64,000 bases of DNA from positions 2,720,001-2,784,000 of the forward strand of contig OZ244042.1 in NCBI GenBank assembly GCA_965215015.1, given 5' to 3'. A program made the position numbers and the translations under genes. Of this stretch, positions 30,036 through 40,845 are shown in pieces; the first letter of the stretch is position 1, and every line of letters begins with the position of its first letter. The notes below the pieces were generated by a model. The model worked only from the letters and a program-made list of their open reading frames with translations, made no database searches and had not been told where the DNA came from. This stretch comes from Candidatus Poribacteria bacterium (GTDB taxonomy: Bacteria; Poribacteria; WGA-4E; PCPOR2b).

Positions 30036-31265
30036 CTACCTCCCTGACTTAGGGTCAAATGCTTCTGGCGTGTGATTGCGTTCGAGGAGTGTAAGGTGGG
30101 ATTCGCTCAGTTCAATCCACGGTGCCGGCGGCGGCTCGGTGGTAATAGGCAATTCTCGCCCGTTGACGATAGTCAAGGTGTTACGCACCAACTGTTTACC
30201 TTCCTGCGGATTCATCCGGACATCATAAAAGGTAAAATCTCCAGATTCAATGCGAAACAGTGCCACGTCCGCTAAGGACCCCGGTTTGAGCGTCCCGATT
30301 TCATCTTGCAGCCCCATCACTTGGGCAGGTCGCTCGGTTGAAGCTTGGATAACTTCCTCAAAACTCATCCCCAGCGACATAAATTTGCTCAAGCAGGTTG
30401 GCATGTCAAACATCGGACCGTGAATGCTGACTTGGTGAATATCGGATGAAATGACGTCCGGCTTATAGCCCTCGCTCATCAGCGCGCGTGCGGTTTCAAA
30501 GGAAAAAGAACCCGCTCCATGACCGATGTCCATGACCACACCACTGTCCCAAGCCCGTTTTGCCGCATCTCGCAGCTTGCCCGAATCGTCGATGATTCGC
30601 ATGTTTCCGCCGGTAAAACAGTGGGTCAATATGTCGTTGGGCTTCATATAGTTCAGGACCTCAGTAACCTGTGGCGGGCCATTGCCAACATGCACCATCA
30701 GGGGAAGTTCGCAGCGATCCGCTGCTTCCCGCGCGTAAGTCAGTGGAATGATACCTGTGCCGCGAGTCTGATTTTGATCTATACGGGCTTTTACTCCCAA
30801 TGCTATGTCCCGGTTCAGATTTATTATTTTGCAGCAGAGATCGATATCACAGTAGTCCAAATTGGAGAGCTCCCCTGAACCCGCTGTCAAGCCGATGGAC
30901 GAAATATTGACCAACGCATAAATGCGGGCTTGAGCGGGAGTGACGATGAATTCTCGAAAGCCGGGGAAATTGTACCCGCCTGAAGAGCCTACATCGAGCC
31001 AAGTGGTCACACCGCTACGCGCCGCCACTGTATCCGCATGGATGCCGTAATAGCTGACACCGTGGTAGACATGGGTATGGAGGTCTACCAATCCCGGTGT
31101 CACAAGCTGACCGCTGGCATCAATAACGCGAACAGCAGATTCTGTTGGAATGTCGGCGTCAACCGCTGCAATGTGATTGCGTTTAATAGCAACATCAAGC
31201 TTGCCATTGTAACCACCCCCTCGGTCTACAACATCACCACCTTTGATTAACAGATCAAATTGCAT
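30036..31265 (-). CDS. Amidohydrolase/deacetylase family metallohydrolase (dihydroorotase-like)
   Basis: PGLVDLHTH, THCF, GHGAGSF and ISSDIH motifs. Confidence 0.9.
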   Translation of the reverse strand: MQFDLLIKGGDVVDRGGGYNGKLDVAIKRNHIAAVDADIPTESAVRVIDASGQLVTPGLVDLHTHVYHGVSYYGIHADTVAARSGVTTWLDVGSSGGYNFPGFREFIVTPAQARIYALVNISSIGLTAGSGELSNLDYCDIDLCCKIINLNRDIALGVKARIDQNQTRGTGIIPLTYAREAADRCELPLMVHVGNGPPQVTEVLNYMKPNDILTHCFTGGNMRIIDDSGKLRDAAKRAWDSGVVMDIGHGAGSFSFETARALMSEGYKPDVISSDIHQVSIHGPMFDMPTCLSKFMSLGMSFEEVIQASTERPAQVMGLQDEIGTLKPGSLADVALFRIESGDFTFYDVRMNPQEGKQLVRNTLTIVNGRELPITTEPPPAPWIELSESHLTLLERNHTPEAFDPKSGR

Positions 31266-31293
31266 GAATCACCTCGTATACTGTTGATACGCT

Positions 31294-32109
31294 CTAGCGA
31301 TATATCGACATCGCCTTCGATGCCGCTTCCCGCAATAGACTATATTCAGGCCTTCTGAAGCACCCAAAGAGTTGAATGCCACGCTTTCGCTGACATTGAT
31401 ACTCCGCATGGTCCCTCGGATAAATTGCTGGCTCTACGGGTAAGTTCCGGGACAGCGCAATCTCAATGACATGCTCCATCGCAGCAACCACTTGGGGGTG
31501 TTCCCATTCTCCGTGGAATCCCATCTTCGCCGCTAGGTCGCCGGGACCGAATACGACACCATCTACCCATTTGTTGGATAGCATCGCCTCCGCATTTTTG
31601 ACGCCTCGCCAAGATTCGATCTTCAGTATCAGCAGCGTCGCCTCGTTGGCTTCCTTGCAGTATCGAGTGGCATCCGCCTCCGCATAATCTACATTGGCCC
31701 CCATTGCCAGCCCTCGTTCACCTACCGGGGCATACTTCATCCAACGCACCAATTCCTCCACCTGATCCAGGGTCTCGGCATGGGAGAGGCAAATTCCCAG
31801 CGCACCCGCATCAAGCACGCGGGACACGAAGGATCGAGAAGGCTCCAAGAGCGTTACGGTAGGCGAAAGCCCATTGTCCCTTGCTATGACTAAAAAGTTT
31901 GTTAGGGTTTCGTCATTGTGCAGGACATGTTCATTCTCAACGAACAGCATGTTATATCCAGTTTGTGCTGCGATCTTGACAACGGAGGGGCGCAGGGACT
32001 CGAACACGTTGAACCCGAATATGGGGCCTCCATTTTTGAGGATATTTTTGGCGGGATTGACAATCAGTGGTCCTTCAGATCGCATGTTGCCACTTTCTGT
32101 AAAAGTCAA
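31294..32109 (-). CDS. HpcH/HpaI aldolase family protein
   Basis: ENEH, VLDAGA, KIES and FGPGDL motifs. Confidence 0.88.
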   Translation of the reverse strand: MTFTESGNMRSEGPLIVNPAKNILKNGGPIFGFNVFESLRPSVVKIAAQTGYNMLFVENEHVLHNDETLTNFLVIARDNGLSPTVTLLEPSRSFVSRVLDAGALGICLSHAETLDQVEELVRWMKYAPVGERGLAMGANVDYAEADATRYCKEANEATLLILKIESWRGVKNAEAMLSNKWVDGVVFGPGDLAAKMGFHGEWEHPQVVAAMEHVIEIALSRNLPVEPAIYPRDHAEYQCQRKRGIQLFGCFRRPEYSLLREAASKAMSIYR

Positions 32110-32127
32110 AGATGATGGTAATGGTTA

Positions 32128-33534
32128 TCAATTCGCGAGTTGCCACTCGGAACCCAACTCGATACCAAGTCGCTTCGCCCGCGCAATAACCGAATCAGAA
32201 ACAGTTTTGCAGACCTCAAGTTCATCCACTCGCGTTGAACCCCCTCCGCTGAAAACGACCTCGCCGTTGACTAGGACCGTATCCACGCTGCCGGCTCTCA
32301 TCCTTAACGCCAGCGCATGAACAGGATTGTTGTCAGGATAGGCTTCAGAGGCCCCTGTGGATCTCACAACGATGTCCGCACGTTTACCGGGCTCCACGCT
32401 GCCCAACTCTGCGTCTAGTCCGGCTGCCGCTGCTGCATTGAGGGTCTGCATTTCTATTAACGCGCCGGGGGAGAGGGGGTCAGCATAGGTCTGTGAAGCG
32501 TAGTGTGCTGCGAGCATAGTCTCACCCGGTGTGCAGTCGAAGGCACCGTCGGTGCCAAGCGAAACGCAGACGCCGCGACGATATCGCTCCGACATCTTAA
32601 ATTTTGTACTGAACGTGATGCCGAGAGAGAAAAACGCCGTCGGACACCATACAATTTGGCAACCCGTTTGGTGAACTACGGTTTCCTCCTTCGCATCCAG
32701 TGCGTTAGCATGAACAATAACGGTGTGTTCGTCGAGGAGCCCCAGTTCCTGCAAGTGTACAAGATGGCGTCTCCCGATCCCAGCGTGATAATGCTCGGCA
32801 CTTCGGGGAACATAGCCTGCATGTAGATGCAGCGGTACGTTATTGTCGCGCGCGCAGGCGTGTGCCGCCTTCAACAGCTCCGGCGAGGCAGTTCCTTCCC
32901 CATAAACGAAGATATACCCGCGGACCAAGGCTTCGGAGTTATTGTTACGGTAAAGTTCTGCCTCCAATTGTCTAATACATCGGTTGTAGTCAATGGGCGC
33001 ACGCGCCATGAGGCTTGGACTTGCAAGCGCAGGAATCGCATCGAAGGGTTCGCGTCGATCCCAAAGATAAAGTGGAGAGAAAAGGGACCTTAAGCCCACA
33101 CGCTCAACGGCTTCTGCTCCTGCTTCAGTGGAGAACAACGATCCCGGCTCGATGAACATCGTGAAACCGTTGCGAAGCATCTCAATCGCCGCCAAGGCGG
33201 TCGCTGCGGTCTCGTCCGCGTCGGTAACGCTTGCTTTCCACTCCGCAAAATTGATGGGCAAGGGGCCTGCATCGTGAATGTTGCCGAAAATTCCACGACA
33301 GCTGGTATGCACAATATGGTTGTGTGCATCAATGAAACCGGGGTGCACGATAGCACCTGAAGCGTCGATCTTCTTTCGTGCATCAAAGCTTTGTTGTAGC
33401 TCAGCATCAGTCCCGACTTCCACGATGCGCGAACCGGCGATCGCCACCGCGCCCGGACGATAGATCCTACGATCCGGATCCATGGTAAGAATCTGGCCAT
33501 TATGAATGAGAATGTCACATGTTCTTTTGTTCAT
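32128..33534 (-). CDS. Amidohydrolase family protein (SsnA/AtzA deaminase-like)
   Basis: PGFIDAHNH, LHLH, LGTD and GSVEPGKRAD motifs. Confidence 0.9.
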   Translation of the reverse strand: MNKRTCDILIHNGQILTMDPDRRIYRPGAVAIAGSRIVEVGTDAELQQSFDARKKIDASGAIVHPGFIDAHNHIVHTSCRGIFGNIHDAGPLPINFAEWKASVTDADETAATALAAIEMLRNGFTMFIEPGSLFSTEAGAEAVERVGLRSLFSPLYLWDRREPFDAIPALASPSLMARAPIDYNRCIRQLEAELYRNNNSEALVRGYIFVYGEGTASPELLKAAHACARDNNVPLHLHAGYVPRSAEHYHAGIGRRHLVHLQELGLLDEHTVIVHANALDAKEETVVHQTGCQIVWCPTAFFSLGITFSTKFKMSERYRRGVCVSLGTDGAFDCTPGETMLAAHYASQTYADPLSPGALIEMQTLNAAAAAGLDAELGSVEPGKRADIVVRSTGASEAYPDNNPVHALALRMRAGSVDTVLVNGEVVFSGGGSTRVDELEVCKTVSDSVIARAKRLGIELGSEWQLAN

Positions 33535-33689
33535 TGGTTAATTGGTACGGGCGGGCTAGGAAGCCCAATCTATGGATGGGGCGGTTAGAAAAAGAAAGTA
33601 CAAAGAGCAACCGAGTTTTTGGCAAGCGCGGGCAGGGGGCACCCACGGTCCCTGTCGTACGATTTCTTAACATGAGCCAAAACTGTATA

Positions 33690-34790
33690 TTACCAATCCT
33701 GCACCGACCCATCCTCCCGCCGCAGATGGATGGGATCCTTTGACGAATGCGGATATTTCGCTGCGGCTTCCTCATTCAGGTCAATCCCTAAGCCCGGCGC
33801 ATCTGTTGGTAAGAGATAACCGTCTTCTGTCCGCATATCATTTGGGATGACTTCGTTCATCCAATCAGTGTGCGGTCCATATTCCTGTACCGCGCAGTTT
33901 GGTATCGACATATTCAGATGCAGCATCGCCGCCGTGCTGACCGGACTTCCTGTGTAATGGCAGGCCAGCTCCTGGTAATGCACCTCTCCCATCGCTGCGA
34001 TTTTCTTTCCTTCGGTGATTCCACCGCTATGGCAGATGTCCACCCGGAGGTAGTCGATCAGCTCTTCTTCGATCAATTCACGGAACAGCCATTTTGTCGG
34101 CAGCTGCTCACCGGTGCCAATTGGCACATTTGTATGCGCCCGGAGCATCGCAAACGAGGCTGGATTCTCTGAACGGATGGGGTCCTCAACGAAGAATGGA
34201 TGGTACTCTTCAATTCCATTGCACAACTGAACAGCGTGAGGCGGTGTCAAGCGTGTATGTACCTCAAAGATGATTTCGACCTCATCGCCGACCACCTGCC
34301 GTGCCGCTTTCATATACTCAATCCCACGCCGGGTCGCCTCCTTTTGATTAAAGCCACCATCACACCGAATTGGCGAGATGCGTAGCACCTTCCAACCCTC
34401 ATCTATCATCTGCTTGGCACCTTCGATGCCGGCATGACGATAGACCAGAACCTTGTCCCGGGTTGCCCCGCCAAGCAGCCGATAGGTCGGCACGCCGAGT
34501 GCCTTTCCTGCCAAGTCCCACAGCGCGATGTCTATCCCTGCGAGCGCGGATTGCAGCACGGGCCCGCCCCGCCAGAATGTTCCTCGAAAAATGTCCTGCC
34601 ATATATGTTCGATTCGGGTGGCGTCTTGACCCATCAGGAGCGGTTTGAGATGATGTTCCAACGCCCCAACAACAGCCAACGATCTGCCGCTGAGCGAGGC
34701 CTCTCCAACTCCGTATATTCCCTCGTCGGTCACGATTTTGACATATACAAACTGATTCACAACAAATACTTTGAGATCTGTGATTTTCAT
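33690..34790 (-). CDS. Mandelate racemase/galactonate dehydratase-like enolase superfamily enzyme
   Basis: AGIDIALWDLAGK, EVHTR, FVEDP, GTGE and PGLGID motifs; start MKITDLK. Confidence 0.9.
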   Translation of the reverse strand: MKITDLKVFVVNQFVYVKIVTDEGIYGVGEASLSGRSLAVVGALEHHLKPLLMGQDATRIEHIWQDIFRGTFWRGGPVLQSALAGIDIALWDLAGKALGVPTYRLLGGATRDKVLVYRHAGIEGAKQMIDEGWKVLRISPIRCDGGFNQKEATRRGIEYMKAARQVVGDEVEIIFEVHTRLTPPHAVQLCNGIEEYHPFFVEDPIRSENPASFAMLRAHTNVPIGTGEQLPTKWLFRELIEEELIDYLRVDICHSGGITEGKKIAAMGEVHYQELACHYTGSPVSTAAMLHLNMSIPNCAVQEYGPHTDWMNEVIPNDMRTEDGYLLPTDAPGLGIDLNEEAAAKYPHSSKDPIHLRREDGSVQDW

Positions 34791-34866
34791 AGTGTTTTCC
34801 TCGTTACCCTGATGGGCTTTGCGTTTGGCAATAGGTGAAATGTGGTTTGTAAGGCATTGGGGGCAA

Positions 34867-35637
34867 CTACCCCAAGCCCAACTCAACCCACTTGGCGGTC
34901 AATCGCCGGATACGTGGACGGGCACTGTGAAGAAATGCGTCAGAAAACACCCGTCCCGGTCGACTATACTGCAATCGTTGAATCAAATTCAAGACACCTT
35001 GATGGTTCTCCTTCAACAGGGTTGTATCCGCTGCGGTGATGGGTTTAGGCACGAAATTGACCGCTAGATGCCGACGCCCCGTTCCCCCGCCGAAGGACGC
35101 ATGCCACGTATTCATATCGGAGAAGAAGACATCTCCGGGCTGCGATTCAAGCGGAAAACAGGGGATATCAGCACCGGGGAGACCGAACTGTGAGCAGGGT
35201 TTGAGGGTCTCGTGCAGGGGGGTGCGATGGGAACCGGGGATTACCCGCAGACAACCGGTCTCTTTTGTCAACGGATCGAGATACAACGATACCTTCATCG
35301 GCCGATACGCCAGTCGTGTGCCATCTGGATGCCAATCGGTATCGCCCACGTAAAGGTTTCCCTCGGAGCAGAGCCATATAAATCCTTCTCCTAGTAGGGA
35401 TTCGACTGTCTTGTAGATGCGGTCATCCTCCACCAAATCGGTCAGCAATGGGGTGTTTTCGGCAATACCGTAGAGCGACTGACGGCTCTCCCCCGGAAAC
35501 GGCTGTCCGCCCCGCTCCTTGTCAAGCAGCTCATCGAATTTTTGGCAAATCGCGTTCATCTCATCGGGTTGGAAGGCCTGTCTCAGCACCAAAAACCCAA
35601 ATGTTTGAAAGTAAGCAATCTGTTCTTCTGTTATCAC
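34867..35637 (-). CDS. Phytanoyl-CoA dioxygenase (PhyH) family protein
   Basis: FQTFGFLV, WHPD, GCLRVIPGSH and WHAS motifs; GTG start after AGGAGG. Confidence 0.88.
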   Translation of the reverse strand: MITEEQIAYFQTFGFLVLRQAFQPDEMNAICQKFDELLDKERGGQPFPGESRQSLYGIAENTPLLTDLVEDDRIYKTVESLLGEGFIWLCSEGNLYVGDTDWHPDGTRLAYRPMKVSLYLDPLTKETGCLRVIPGSHRTPLHETLKPCSQFGLPGADIPCFPLESQPGDVFFSDMNTWHASFGGGTGRRHLAVNFVPKPITAADTTLLKENHQGVLNLIQRLQYSRPGRVFSDAFLHSARPRIRRLTAKWVELGLG

Positions 35638-35669
35638 AACTCTCCTCCTACTGACCCAACCTGTCATGC

Positions 35670-36130
35670 TAAAATGCTATACACATATCGCTCTGCTGGA
35701 GCTATATTGGTTCATTAATTCATTAAACCGATTAGTAATCTTAGTTGTCGAGATGTAAATCTCGACCGACAGGTTGAGGGGAACACTAGCAGGTCGGGCG
35801 TCTCGCCCGACTTTGTGCCTGCACATCGGTTGGGCGAGGAAACTCAACCTACGAATTTTAACATTTATTTGTAATTCAGCGATTCATCGTACAACCACAG
35901 CTCATGCGACAGGAGTCGGCACATTCCGCGTATCCTCCCTCCGCCTGCAAATTCTCCACCGCTTGTGGGGGGCTAGGGGGGTCAGCGGGAGGAAGGGTAG
36001 TTACGGCATACCCCCTATGCCGACTCCCTTAAAGACGTGGGTTGAATTGCGCGACTACAAACTCAAGTGCGTAACTCCTATTCTAATTGACGACAGCAAA
36101 ATGTCAACACGCCCTAGCAACTTGGGTTAT
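35670..36130. repeat. Mosaic of REP-like palindromes and MITE ends
   Basis: gtcgagatgtaaatctcgac, gtcgggcgtctcgcccgac, ggttgggcgaggaaactcaacctac, a family B end (about 36062-36080) and a family A end (about 36114-36129). Confidence 0.7.
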
Positions 36131-36131
36131 C

Positions 36132-38069
36132 TCATTGAAACGGCACCGGTATCTTGTCCCCATGCCAAGGAAAGGCATAACTCGGTGAGTTCGCAAAGCG
36201 GCGCATCCCAACCTCCAACCGAATCGTTCTCGAAGGCGGAAGTTGAACGGCAAAAAACTTCGCATCAACCGGAACAACCCGCTCCTCCGATGAACCCTCT
36301 GCGTCCACTTCCTGAAACTGTACTTTGGTAAACTGGTGCTCCCCGAAAGCCCCCGCTTGGATGATAAGATTTCGGGTTTCGGTCCTGTTGAGATTCACAA
36401 GTTGAACCCCTACCACGTCCGATCCCAGCTTGTCGACAAGGGCGGCAACATCCTCCGGGACGCCGGGTCGTGCGCGGTCCGGATCGAAGTAACGTACGGT
36501 CGCTCGCAGAAGTCCACCGGTGTAAACAGTCTGTGGGGCACCCAACATCACCTGTGTCAATCCCTTAGTAAGGACAAAGTGCGGAGGCTGCTGGTTATCT
36601 GCGATTATTGTTGGGACATCGCGGGTATCGTTACGCGCCGCCTCAAACGCTGCCAAAGCCCCTTCATATTCGGCATCCAGTATTTTTTGGGGCCAATCGG
36701 GATTCTTCCCATCGTAGTATTGAAATCGTCCATACTCTGTGTCCCCGTTATTCTTTTCTGCCTCAAACATAACGTGGTTCCAATCGCGCTCGACGTCCCC
36801 GGTTCGCACCCTCGTAATCAACTCGTAATCCTGAGGGGCCATTGAGGCGTGATACAAATGCGCCAAATCTTTCATCCGCATCGGCTTATATGCCTCCCAG
36901 CCGTCGGGACCGTATCGAGTCGGAACAAGGAGCTGGCCATCATCGCGTGTAACCGCGTTGTCCAGCAGAAGTTTGACCTGTGAACGCAGGAGTTCGAGAT
37001 AACCGAAGTCCCCGGTGAGCAGGAGCGCGCATTCAGCACCAACAATGAGTGAATTAAACGTAATATCGCCCGCCCAATAACTGTTCCAACCGTAAAGACC
37101 ACCCCACCACTGCCCCTGACGATGCTCACCAATCTTCCCTGTGGGTCCGACGTTGTCCGGGATAATCCCGTTGTTCGCTTCGATTCGATCCATCCACGCT
37201 TCCGTGTATTCGAGGACCCATCGCCTGTACTTTTCATTTCCTGTATACAGATACGCATTGGTCACCAGTGCGGTGGCACCCAGACTATGTGGTACATCGC
37301 CCTTAAGGATGATCCGCTCAACTAGCTTCTCGATTTCCGCTCTTCGTTGTGGCTGCTCATACCAATTCGCCTCCAACTCCTTGACGACCGGATAGAGGGT
37401 TGACCGCATGCCCATCGCCTTACTGGGATCCGCTCCGATTCTTCCCGCAAGCCAATCTTTTAAGTGTTGGAGATCGACCTTGAAACAGGGCCCCCGGCTG
37501 GTTTGGACGGGAGATCGAAAGATTTTATACTTGGGGTCGTAATTCGGGGCTTGTGGGTCTTCACCGATGTACATCGCTGCGAACTGTTTCGCACGTCGGA
37601 CGTTCTCCGAAATAGTAGGGCTAGCAACACCAAAATCATAGAAGGCCATGTTACCTTCGCCCAAATGATGCCATTCCGCCGCACCGGGCTGCGCTAAATT
37701 GTAGTATTCCCTATAGACCTGCTGCGAGAAGCGCGGATGCGTCCGATGCACAATCTCATCGCTACAGATACGGGTTGACGCGTTCCAGCACAGTAGTGCC
37801 AATTCCAGTAGACGCTCATCCGCCCCGAGGGCGTAGAAAAGCCCCCAGTTATAAATTCGTTCATAGAGGTCATCCAAATCGTCCGCGAAGTATAACGCGC
37901 CTCCCGGTTCGGCATACTTCTTGAGCAACATCGGTGCTGCTTCTTCCATGAGGCTTATCAGGTTGCGCTCCTTCAGTGCCCACGCCGGTGGGGCTGAGAG
38001 TTCCGTTGCCTTGAGGCTAACCATCCCGGGAATGGAAACCACATTCCCTGAAAGCGTATCTATTTTCAT
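36132..38069 (-). CDS. Large hypothetical protein, possibly an alpha/alpha-barrel enzyme
   Basis: Uninterrupted 645-aa ORF with GGAG RBS; rich in W/Y/G; DDLDDLYE and EWHH motifs. Confidence 0.8.
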   Translation of the reverse strand: MKIDTLSGNVVSIPGMVSLKATELSAPPAWALKERNLISLMEEAAPMLLKKYAEPGGALYFADDLDDLYERIYNWGLFYALGADERLLELALLCWNASTRICSDEIVHRTHPRFSQQVYREYYNLAQPGAAEWHHLGEGNMAFYDFGVASPTISENVRRAKQFAAMYIGEDPQAPNYDPKYKIFRSPVQTSRGPCFKVDLQHLKDWLAGRIGADPSKAMGMRSTLYPVVKELEANWYEQPQRRAEIEKLVERIILKGDVPHSLGATALVTNAYLYTGNEKYRRWVLEYTEAWMDRIEANNGIIPDNVGPTGKIGEHRQGQWWGGLYGWNSYWAGDITFNSLIVGAECALLLTGDFGYLELLRSQVKLLLDNAVTRDDGQLLVPTRYGPDGWEAYKPMRMKDLAHLYHASMAPQDYELITRVRTGDVERDWNHVMFEAEKNNGDTEYGRFQYYDGKNPDWPQKILDAEYEGALAAFEAARNDTRDVPTIIADNQQPPHFVLTKGLTQVMLGAPQTVYTGGLLRATVRYFDPDRARPGVPEDVAALVDKLGSDVVGVQLVNLNRTETRNLIIQAGAFGEHQFTKVQFQEVDAEGSSEERVVPVDAKFFAVQLPPSRTIRLEVGMRRFANSPSYAFPWHGDKIPVPFQ

Positions 38070-38286
38070 TGTTTATCTCCCAGTAACTACCTTACTTAAA
38101 TTTTGGACGCTTCATACTACAATAACGCGGGGAGTTTCCGAATATCTGCGCGGAAAATTGATGGGGCTGTGGGCACCAGAGACCTGCCACATCCCGTTGA
38201 GTATCCGACAGATGCGTAAATCTGGGGTGAACGCGCTGGTGTTGGCTTTCGGAAGCTTCATAAGCGTTTCCTTGTTGAAATAGCTT

Positions 38287-40845
38287 CTAGCGACGTGAAC
38301 CCGAATGTTTTATATTGGATTCAGACAGCAACTGGTATATGTATCTTGCAGGGATAGCAAACGCGTTCATGTGCCTATCGCTCCGTGCGATAATCCCAAG
38401 CAGGATGCCCTGTCTGTTCAGCACCGGTCCCCCACTGTTGCCCCCAAAGATATCGGACTGGAGGTGCAGTGCCCTTCCGGAGTCCTTTTGGAATTGTCCC
38501 AGCTTCCAATGCCACAGGTCGCGGCCTCCCGGATTGCCGAGGATGTAAACCAACTCACCTGTATTTATCCGGGGTGTGGTGCGGCCCCAGTCAATTTGGC
38601 GAGCAGTCTCCGGGAGGCCCTCAAGCCGGATAATCACGAGGTCTGCCTCCACATTTTTGGCTACCACATGGCCTTTGGTATAATAACCGAGTCGCTTTAA
38701 CACGCTACGACTTTTTAGGTAGAACTCCCGCTCTTTAATCAGTTTTCCGTTCTCATCGGGCGCGGGGAAATATACATCTACAGACAGACTTGTGTCTGTT
38801 ACGTGTGCGTTGGTGACGGCGAGCTTAAATTGCTTGTCAAGCAGCACCCCACTCCCTTCACCTATACCCGGGTTCACTATCCACATCACCGCGCGAATCG
38901 CGTTGTCATAGACTCGGTCCGCGTCTGTTTTGGGCGGTGTCGAGGCATCAGGGGCCGCCGGAGGAGTTACCACGGATGGCGGACTGAAATCAAGTGCTGG
39001 GCGCGAGGGAGATATTTTCCACAGGAGCACTGTGCTGTCGTTACTCCCACTTGCCAATGTCCCCCCATCCGGACTGAAGGCTACGCTATTGACCATATCC
39101 GTATGCCCGATAAGTGCCCTCTTCTGTTCACCTGTCACGGCGTCCCACAATCGAACTGTTTTGTCTCTACTCCCACTTGCTAGCGTCCCCCCATCCGGAC
39201 TGAAGGCTACGCTATCGACCGGCCCCCTATGCCCGATAAGCCTCCCCTTCTGTTCACCTGTCACGGCGTCCCACAAACGCACTGTGCTGTCGTTACTCCC
39301 ACTTGCCAATGGCCCCCCATCGGGACTAAATGATACGCTCTGGACCCTATCCGTATGCCCGATAAGCCTCCCCTTCTGTTCACCTGTCACGGCATCCCAC
39401 AACCGAACTGTATCGTCCCAACTCCCACTTGCCAATGTCCCCCCATCTGGACTGAAGGCTACGCTATTGACCATATCTGTATGCCCGATAAGTGCCCTCT
39501 TCTGTTCACCTGTCACGGCGTCCCACAACCGAACTGTATCGTCCCCACCCCCACTTGCCAATGTCCCCCCATCGGGACTAAATGATACGCTCGTGACCCT
39601 ACCCGTATGCCCGATAAATGCCCTCTTCTGTTCACCTGTCACGGCATCCCACAACCGAACTGTATCGTCCCCACCCCCACTTGCCAATGTCCTCCCATCG
39701 GGACTGAAGGCTACACTCCAGACGAAACTCGTACTCCGCCCGATAAATGCCCTCTTCTGTTCACCTGTCACGGCATCCCACAACCGAACTGTCTTGTCCC
39801 AACCCCCACTTGCCAATGTCCCCCCATCGGGACTAAATGATACGCTCGTGACCCTATCCGTATGCCCGATAAGTGCCCTCTTCTGTTCACCTGTCACGGC
39901 ATCCCACAACCGAACTGTATCGTCCCCACTTGCCAATGTCCTCCCATCGGGACTAAATGATACGCTCGTGACCCTACCCGTATGCCCGATAAATGCCCTC
40001 TTCTGTTCACCTGTCACGGCGTCCCACAAACGAACTGTCTTGTCCCAACCCCCACTTGCTAATGTCCGTCCGTCCGGACTGAACGATACGCTATAGACCC
40101 AACCCGTATGCCCGATAAGTGTTCCCTTCTGTTTACCCGACGCGGTGTTCCACAAACGAACCGTCTTGCCCCCACTCCCACTTGCCAACGTCCCCCCATC
40201 CGGACTGAAGGCTATGCTCATGACCAAATCCGTATGCCCGATAAGTATCCCCGTCTGCTCACCCGTAACGGCGTCCCACAAACGAACCGTCTTGTCCCCA
40301 CTCCCACTTGCCAGCGTCCCCCCATCCGGACTGAAGGCTACGCTATAGACCGTATACGTATGCCCGATAAGCCTCCCCTTCTGTTTACCCGTAACGGCGT
40401 CCCACAAACGAACCGTCTTGTCCGCACCCCCACTTGCCAGCGTCCCCCCATCCGGACTGAAGGCTACGCTATAGACCTCATCCGTATGCCCGATAAGTGT
40501 CCCCTTCTGTTTACCCGTAACGGCGTCCCACAAACGAACCGTCTTGTCCCTACTCCCACTTGCCAGCGTCCCTCCATCCGGACTGAACGATGCGCTACTG
40601 ACCGAATCCGTATGCGCGGTGGACAGGGCAACCTCTTGATAGGTTTGTGCATCATAAAGCCAGATACCGATGGAACTCGCAACAGCCAGACGAGCCCCGT
40701 CGGGGGAAAACTGTATTTCATGTATCCGGCCTTTACCGAGGCGCGCTGTGGCACCTTCGGGCAAACCCCATTGCGTATAGTCCTGGGCAAGGACGTTTGA
40801 TGAAAATAAAATAAAAAGAATAAGTAATGTTACGGTTGCTTTCAT
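38287..40845 (-). CDS. Secreted WD40-repeat protein (14 repeats) with C-terminal trypsin-like serine protease
   Basis: Signal peptide; 14 FSPDG repeats; Pro-rich linker; catalytic triad TNAHV / DLVII / GNSGGP. Confidence 0.93.
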   Translation of the reverse strand: MKATVTLLILFILFSSNVLAQDYTQWGLPEGATARLGKGRIHEIQFSPDGARLAVASSIGIWLYDAQTYQEVALSTAHTDSVSSASFSPDGGTLASGSRDKTVRLWDAVTGKQKGTLIGHTDEVYSVAFSPDGGTLASGGADKTVRLWDAVTGKQKGRLIGHTYTVYSVAFSPDGGTLASGSGDKTVRLWDAVTGEQTGILIGHTDLVMSIAFSPDGGTLASGSGGKTVRLWNTASGKQKGTLIGHTGWVYSVSFSPDGRTLASGGWDKTVRLWDAVTGEQKRAFIGHTGRVTSVSFSPDGRTLASGDDTVRLWDAVTGEQKRALIGHTDRVTSVSFSPDGGTLASGGWDKTVRLWDAVTGEQKRAFIGRSTSFVWSVAFSPDGRTLASGGGDDTVRLWDAVTGEQKRAFIGHTGRVTSVSFSPDGGTLASGGGDDTVRLWDAVTGEQKRALIGHTDMVNSVAFSPDGGTLASGSWDDTVRLWDAVTGEQKGRLIGHTDRVQSVSFSPDGGPLASGSNDSTVRLWDAVTGEQKGRLIGHRGPVDSVAFSPDGGTLASGSRDKTVRLWDAVTGEQKRALIGHTDMVNSVAFSPDGGTLASGSNDSTVLLWKISPSRPALDFSPPSVVTPPAAPDASTPPKTDADRVYDNAIRAVMWIVNPGIGEGSGVLLDKQFKLAVTNAHVTDTSLSVDVYFPAPDENGKLIKEREFYLKSRSVLKRLGYYTKGHVVAKNVEADLVIIRLEGLPETARQIDWGRTTPRINTGELVYILGNPGGRDLWHWKLGQFQKDSGRALHLQSDIFGGNSGGPVLNRQGILLGIIARSDRHMNAFAIPARYIYQLLSESNIKHSGSRR

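Noticed and set aside
35774-36331. 185-aa plus-strand ORF
   Set aside because: It runs through the repeat mosaic and antisense to a real gene, with no protein motif.
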